From: the human T2T-CHM13v2.0 reference genome, Homo sapiens
Direction: 5' to 3' (one strand)
Assembly: GCF_009914755.1 (NCBI RefSeq)
Contig: NC_060934.1
DNA length: 64,000 nucleotides
Positions 56,491 through 64,000 of this stretch are shown here, piece after piece. A program made the position numbers and the translations under genes. The notes under the pieces were generated by a model. That model had not been told where the DNA came from. It ran no database searches and saw nothing but the letters and a program-made list of their open reading frames with translations. How positions within the stretch are numbered: position 1 is the first letter of the stretch; each line of letters starts with the position of its first letter.

Positions 56491-56548
56491 ATTTATGTTG
56501 GAATGATAAGAGAAATCATGCAGAGGAGAGGGGCATATGAGAATTCTT

Positions 56549-56853
<305 letters not shown>

Positions 56854-57295
56854 TGTAAGATTTAAAAAAGAGAATTCTCATACTTTCTGCTTAATTTTTG
56901 GTGAATCTAAAAATATTCCCCAAAATAAAGTCTATTAATTTAAAAAAAAAACCCTTATGTTGGGTTAATTTATTTATTTTGGGGGGCAGCCGAAGTTATC
57001 TCAGTTGTCATAGAAAACATGGAAATCCACGGAGGTTGTGATCAGGTGTCTCCCTTCCCTTCCCACTCCTATTTCTCCCTCGTCTCTCCCACCTCAGTGA
57101 AGGGCCCCACCATCATCTCTTAGCACAGGTTAGAAACCTGGGCATCTTCCTCAGTCCTTCCATCCTCCTCACCTTAGCCCATCGCAGAGTTCTGTAGATC
57201 GAACTTTATGCTCTTGCTGAAGTCCATCTCCTCTTTCTCTCCTCCAGAAAGAGCCACCCTCATCTTTCCCCCAGCCCAGCCCCTTCAGTAGGCTC

Positions 57296-57583
<288 letters not shown>

Positions 57584-57611
57584 TATGGGCTCTTAACTGG
57601 ACAGCCCTCTG

Positions 57612-57998
57612 GTGTTCGTTTGCCAGGGCTGCTGTAACAGAGTGCCACCGTCTGGGTGGCTTGAACAACAGAAATCGACTTTCTCACAAATCTGGAGACT
57701 AGATGTCGAAGGTGAAAGTGTCAGCAGGGTTGGTTTCTTCCGACACCTCTCTCCTTCCTTTGTAGATGGCGGTCTTCTTCTCCCTGTCTTCACGTGGTCT
57801 TCCCTGTGTGTGTGTCTGTGTCCCGATCCCCTCTTCTTATGAGGACACCAGTCCTATTGAGTCAGGACTCACCCTAATGACCTCACTTTGACTTAATTGC
57901 CACTTTAAAGACTCTGTCTCCTAATACAGTCACATTTTGAGGTATTGGGCATTTGGACTTTAACACATGAATTTTGGGGGACTCAATTCACCACATAA
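57612..57998 (-). mobile_element. MLT1A-type MaLR LTR
   Basis: CCAGGGCTGCTGTAACA..CTGGGTGGCTT.AACAACAGAAAT..CACCCTAATGACCTCA..TGAATTTTGGGGGAC. Confidence 0.8.
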
Positions 57999-60558
57999 TG
58001 TGACTTCTCTTGTGTCCCTCTGAGCCAATCTTCAGGCAGTCACCAAAGTGATGTGCTAAGAATGTAAGTCAGATTGCATGACTTACCTGCTTAAAAGCCT
58101 TCAGTGACTTTCCTGTGTCCTTACAATGCAATCCAGATGCTTCCTCGTGGCCTACAAGGCACGGTCCAACCCTGTCTCTCCCCACCCCACACTCTCCCTG
58201 CCTCCCGGCGGCTCATCACTGTGCAGCCACACGACTGCCTTCTGCTTCTCAAATGCATCAAGCTCCTTTGTGCTGTGCCCATTCTTCCTCCAGCCACCTC
58301 CTACTCCTTCTTCAGTTCTCATAGATGCCCCCTGAGTGTCTGGTCATAAGTAGGTGCCCACTATTATTCATCCTCCTCTCTTTCTCTCTCCTCTCTCTCT
58401 CTATCTCTCCTCTCTCTCTCATAGCTATCTGTGATTCTGATACTCATGGTTATTCTTTATCCTAGCCCCCAGTTCCTTTACTTGGCAGCTTGTGTCACAA
58501 CTTGATATTATGTTTCCTTATTTACTTGTCTTGTTTCCCTCACTAGACTGAAAACTTCCTGAGGACAAAGACTATGTCGATTTCCTTCACTCCTGTATTC
58601 TGGATCCTGGCATAGTATACTTGATCCTAGGACACAGAATGTGCTCATCAAATACTTACTGAAAGAGAGACGGAATGAATAGGGAGCTTGGGCTTTATGT
58701 TGTGGGTGATGGGAAAGCTGCGGGCAGATTTCCACTGTGATTAGCTGTGCGCTTTAGAGAGATCACTCTGGCTGCAGTGGAGAGCGGGTGGGCTAAGAGG
58801 CTGATCCTGGATCAGGGAAACTCATGGGGAGCTATTGCAATAGTCCCAGCAAGAGACAAGGAAATACTAAACCAGGGTCATAGAAATGGGAAAGAAGGGG
58901 AGATAATATTTGGAGGATGTGATAGTTGATCAGATGTAAGAGGTGCAGGAGAGGGGAGACTCCAGGATGACTTCCTGATTCCTGGACTAGGTGAGAAGGT
59001 AAGTGACATGAGAGGATAAATGAATCTTCTTTCTAAGGGCAGGCTTTCTGCAGATGGGAGGCAGGCTTAGTGGCCACACTTGTTCTCATTTTTGTTCCTC
59101 GCATAAAGTGAAATGACACATTTACAGAGAGATTCTCATTCTTTTTTCTTCACCTTCTTTTTGCCAAATATTCTACATCTTTGGGCAATTATCTTTCATG
59201 GAGACTGGAGATATGTGAAGGGGAGAGGAGGAGGAACAGATTGATTGTGTGTGTTGGGGGTAAATTTGGGGGAAACCTACCCTATCCTTTTCCTATAAGC
59301 CTCTCCTCAAAGACAGGGTCTGTGTTGAAGTTCCCATTTAAAAATGCTTTGCACGTAGTAGGCCCTCAGTCATCCCATTTGGGAACAGTGCATGGCGGTC
59401 CTTCGTCACAAGCACAGTGTCAACCGTGGAAACCCTCACGCGTGTCCACGAGCCCAACACCCTGGGAATGTCGCCTCTCCTAATTCCCCTGTCACTCATC
59501 CTCCAGTCCTGCTCAGCCTGTTCCATTCTCGATGGCCCCTCACCCAGTGCTTGTTTTCAGCACTTGCAGAAACAAAGCAAGCCCTAAATACAACGGCCAA
59601 CTGGCAAGTGATGAGTGATGAGCGATGAGCCTCCTGGCTCTAAAAGGCTGAAATGAGGGGGCCTTTCAGTGTTAAGTGCAGTAACCCTAGCCCTCAGCTC
59701 GCTGTAACTCTAGATGGGGGTGGTCTGGGACTGGGCATGGCCCAGGCAGCATGAACAGGCCTGGAGATCCTCAGCCGGACCGCAAGAAAAGAGAATACTT
59801 CTCTGCAGTCAATCGAAAGCATGAAATTAATGCCCAAATGGAGGTAAATTAGATGCACTGAAATGACACGAGAAGAAAAATGCCTTCCTTACTAAGGGCA
59901 GGCTCTCTGCAGGAAATGGGAGGCAGGCTCGGTGACCACACTTAGTCTCCTTTTTGATGCTCACCTAAAGTGAGATATTGCTTTTACAGAGAGATTCTTA
60001 TTCTTTTTTTTTTTTTCCTTGTTCCTCTGCCTAATATCTGACCGCTTCGGACAAGTAACTTAACCTCTCTGAACCACAGTTTCCTCATCGATAAAGTGAG
60101 TCATACTCTGCACCTCAAAGGGCTGTGGTGAGATGTAAATGAGCTGAAGGATTTAAAAAATTGCCTGGCTCATAGGAGGCTTTCTGTAATGTTAATGGAC
60201 TCTGAATCTAGGTGTTTTGCTCTAAACTAAAAGCAAGTTTCTATTTCAGAAGTATGAAGCACTGGAGAAATGCAGTCAGCTCTCAGATGTCTGTGGTCTA
60301 CAGTATAATAGCAAATATATGTTCACTTAAACTGTGCTCTAGAGGAGGTCAGCCCTTTAATCTGAGGTTGTACATAATACAGAAGTGATCAGCTAGCATT
60401 TAGTCAAACATTCACTGCTACTACATGGCCTTTTGTTGTCTCCCATTAGCACCACAGCATTGTAATGAGCATAATAAATATATTGGATGGGGATTCACTG
60501 GGGAAAAGATGTGTGTTAATAAGCCCAGTTAGAAATGAGTGCTAAGCATTAAAAATCA

Positions 60559-61160
<602 letters not shown>

Positions 61161-61748
61161 AAGCCCCATGACTCAGTGGTATCCAAGATATGCAAGTTGG
61201 CTGGAATAGTTTGCAGTCACTCTCTGCCCTTTCATGATAAGAAAAAAGAATCTGCTGGGCCCTATCTATTTCACCTTTCTGGGTGGTACCTGAGGCTAGA
61301 TTCTGAAATGTTCCCAGGTCCAGCCATGAGGCCAAGGGAATCAAGTTGCCCAAAGCCTTAGGTTAACCTAATCCTGCCTCCAGATTATGGAGTCCCCCTC
61401 AAGCAGACCTTTCATGCAGGGCATGTTTGGAGCACGCAGAAGGACAGAGCTGTAATCAGCTTTCAAAACAGATTATTTTTGTGTGAATTGGCTGATAAAA
61501 GTGTGTCTTTTGTCTACAAAATGTGGCAGAATTTGACTCAAAACTTGTGTGATGTGAAGTTGTAGGAGGAGTAGATAGCTTTCAGCAACCCATAATGTTT
61601 GCCAGCTACCTATATCTACCAAAAAAACCTAATAGTTTCGACATAATTAAATGTGTTTAGCTCAATTGGAAATAGCTACTATTAATATATGATAGGCTAA
61701 AGTGCTTTATTTACATTACTTGGTTTAATCCTCAGAACAAATCTGTGA

Positions 61749-62070
<322 letters not shown>

Positions 62071-62250
62071 CTTCCTTTTTTTTTTTTTTAACCAGGGAAA
62101 AGGAGGCTCAGAAATCTTAAAGCATTACCCAGGATCACACAGCCTTTAAGCAGTGGGTCAGTATTTGAACCCAGGACTGGCAAAACCCCAGACCCTTTAG
62201 CTTAATCACTACCTACTACTGCCTGAGAGTATTTGAGGGTTTAAATTTGA

Positions 62251-62565
<315 letters not shown>

Positions 62566-63412
62566 TTTGAATAATGTTTCCTCAGGGTTTGTCTATAGTC
62601 TAGCTCTGCTGACAGCTATGCCGGCTTCATCTGAAGGCTCATCTGCTAAGAAACAGCCGCCTTCACACTGAGAGGATGCCCACGGAGATGTCTCTCTCAT
62701 GGATTCTGCCAGCACCCTCTCTGGACTCTCCCTTCTCACCAGTTTCTTCTTGTTTCCTCCTTCATCCTTTATATTGTCTCTGAGGATCTCTGTGTTGGAA
62801 CACCCAGTCCCCTGCCAGGAGACTACATCAATATACAAGGTCCCAGATGTGGTTCTGCGGCCTGGCTTGAGTGCAGTCCAGGTTGGGCACTCACACAGGG
62901 CGTGACCCACACCACATCTGGACCGCTCCAGTCCCTCAGGACTCTTTCTTCTTATTGACCAGACTGTGTTGTCTTGTCATTTCCTCCACAGGTCCTATTT
63001 CTGCTCACTGGAGTCACTCAGAAGCCCAGTCCCTCTGTCCCATGACAGCCCTCCAGGTGTGTTAGGATGGATTCATGTGTCCCTATTTGTGCTCCCTTAG
63101 GAAGGACCGAGGATGTCTGAGGTCTTGAGATGTCACTTGGGCTCTCCCCAGTCCCTGCAGGTCTCCCCACTGGAGGCTTTGGAAGCTGAGACTCTGGCTT
63201 TGTAGGAATTTGTCCCATCCTCCAGGCAAACAAGTGTTTCTGACCAACTTTCCAAAGTCAAGGAGGAAGCTGGTGAAGCCTTCTCCCCTTTTATTATTAT
63301 CTTTATTGAGGTGTAACTTAAATACAATTATTTATGAAGCTCTTTTTTTGTCTTTAAACATCTTCGAGATACAGTTCACATACCATAATCTTCACCCTTT
63401 TAAATTGTGTAA

Positions 63413-63778
<366 letters not shown>

Positions 63779-63873
63779 GAATATTTCCATCACTCCAAAA
63801 AGAAACCCCATATTCTTTAGCAGTTACTCCCCATTCACCCTTTCCTCAGCCTCCTGGCAACCATAAATCTACT

Positions 63874-64000
63874 TTTTCTTCCTTTTTTTTTTTTTTTTTG
63901 AGACAGGGTCTCACTTTGTCATCAAAGCTGGAGTGCAGTAGTGGACCAATCATGGCTCACCGCAGCCTTGAATTCCTGAGCCCAAGTGATCCCCTCACCT
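63874..64000 (-). mobile_element. AluJ (runs off the window edge)
   Basis: polyT followed by GAGACAGGGTCTCAC. Confidence 0.85.

Overview
Human (primate) genomic DNA containing the complete two-exon NK2 homeobox gene NKX2-3 on the + strand (CDS 37096-37453 joined to 38949-39685, 364 aa; 10q24 inflammatory-bowel-disease locus by recall). The gene sits in a ~23-kb Alu-free domain (~22.75-46.0 kb) with a chain of CpG islands, motif-dense candidate enhancers, a divergent antisense lncRNA (probably LINC01475) and an orphan downstream CpG island. Both flanks are dense in repeats (Alu, old L1, MaLR/ERVL LTRs, MIR/L2, DNA transposons), including a near full-length Tigger1 nested in MER113 and a multi-level LTR/L1 nest. 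All other ORFs in the track look like repeat- or GC-derived noise. I see no evidence of a wholly new gene system. The strongest leads are regulatory: a PBX-HOX/MEIS/SOX/FOX/GATA cluster at ~28.4 kb that may contain the IBD lead SNP, cryptic acceptors plus polyA signals in the intron that could give a homeodomain-less isoform, a stop-free Arg-rich alternative frame across exon 2, a 3'UTR nuclear-receptor palindrome and miR-92 site, an orphan CpG island with a splice donor, and a diverged ~190-bp local duplication. Repeat subfamily names, lncRNA extent and SNP identities come from memory and need database confirmation.
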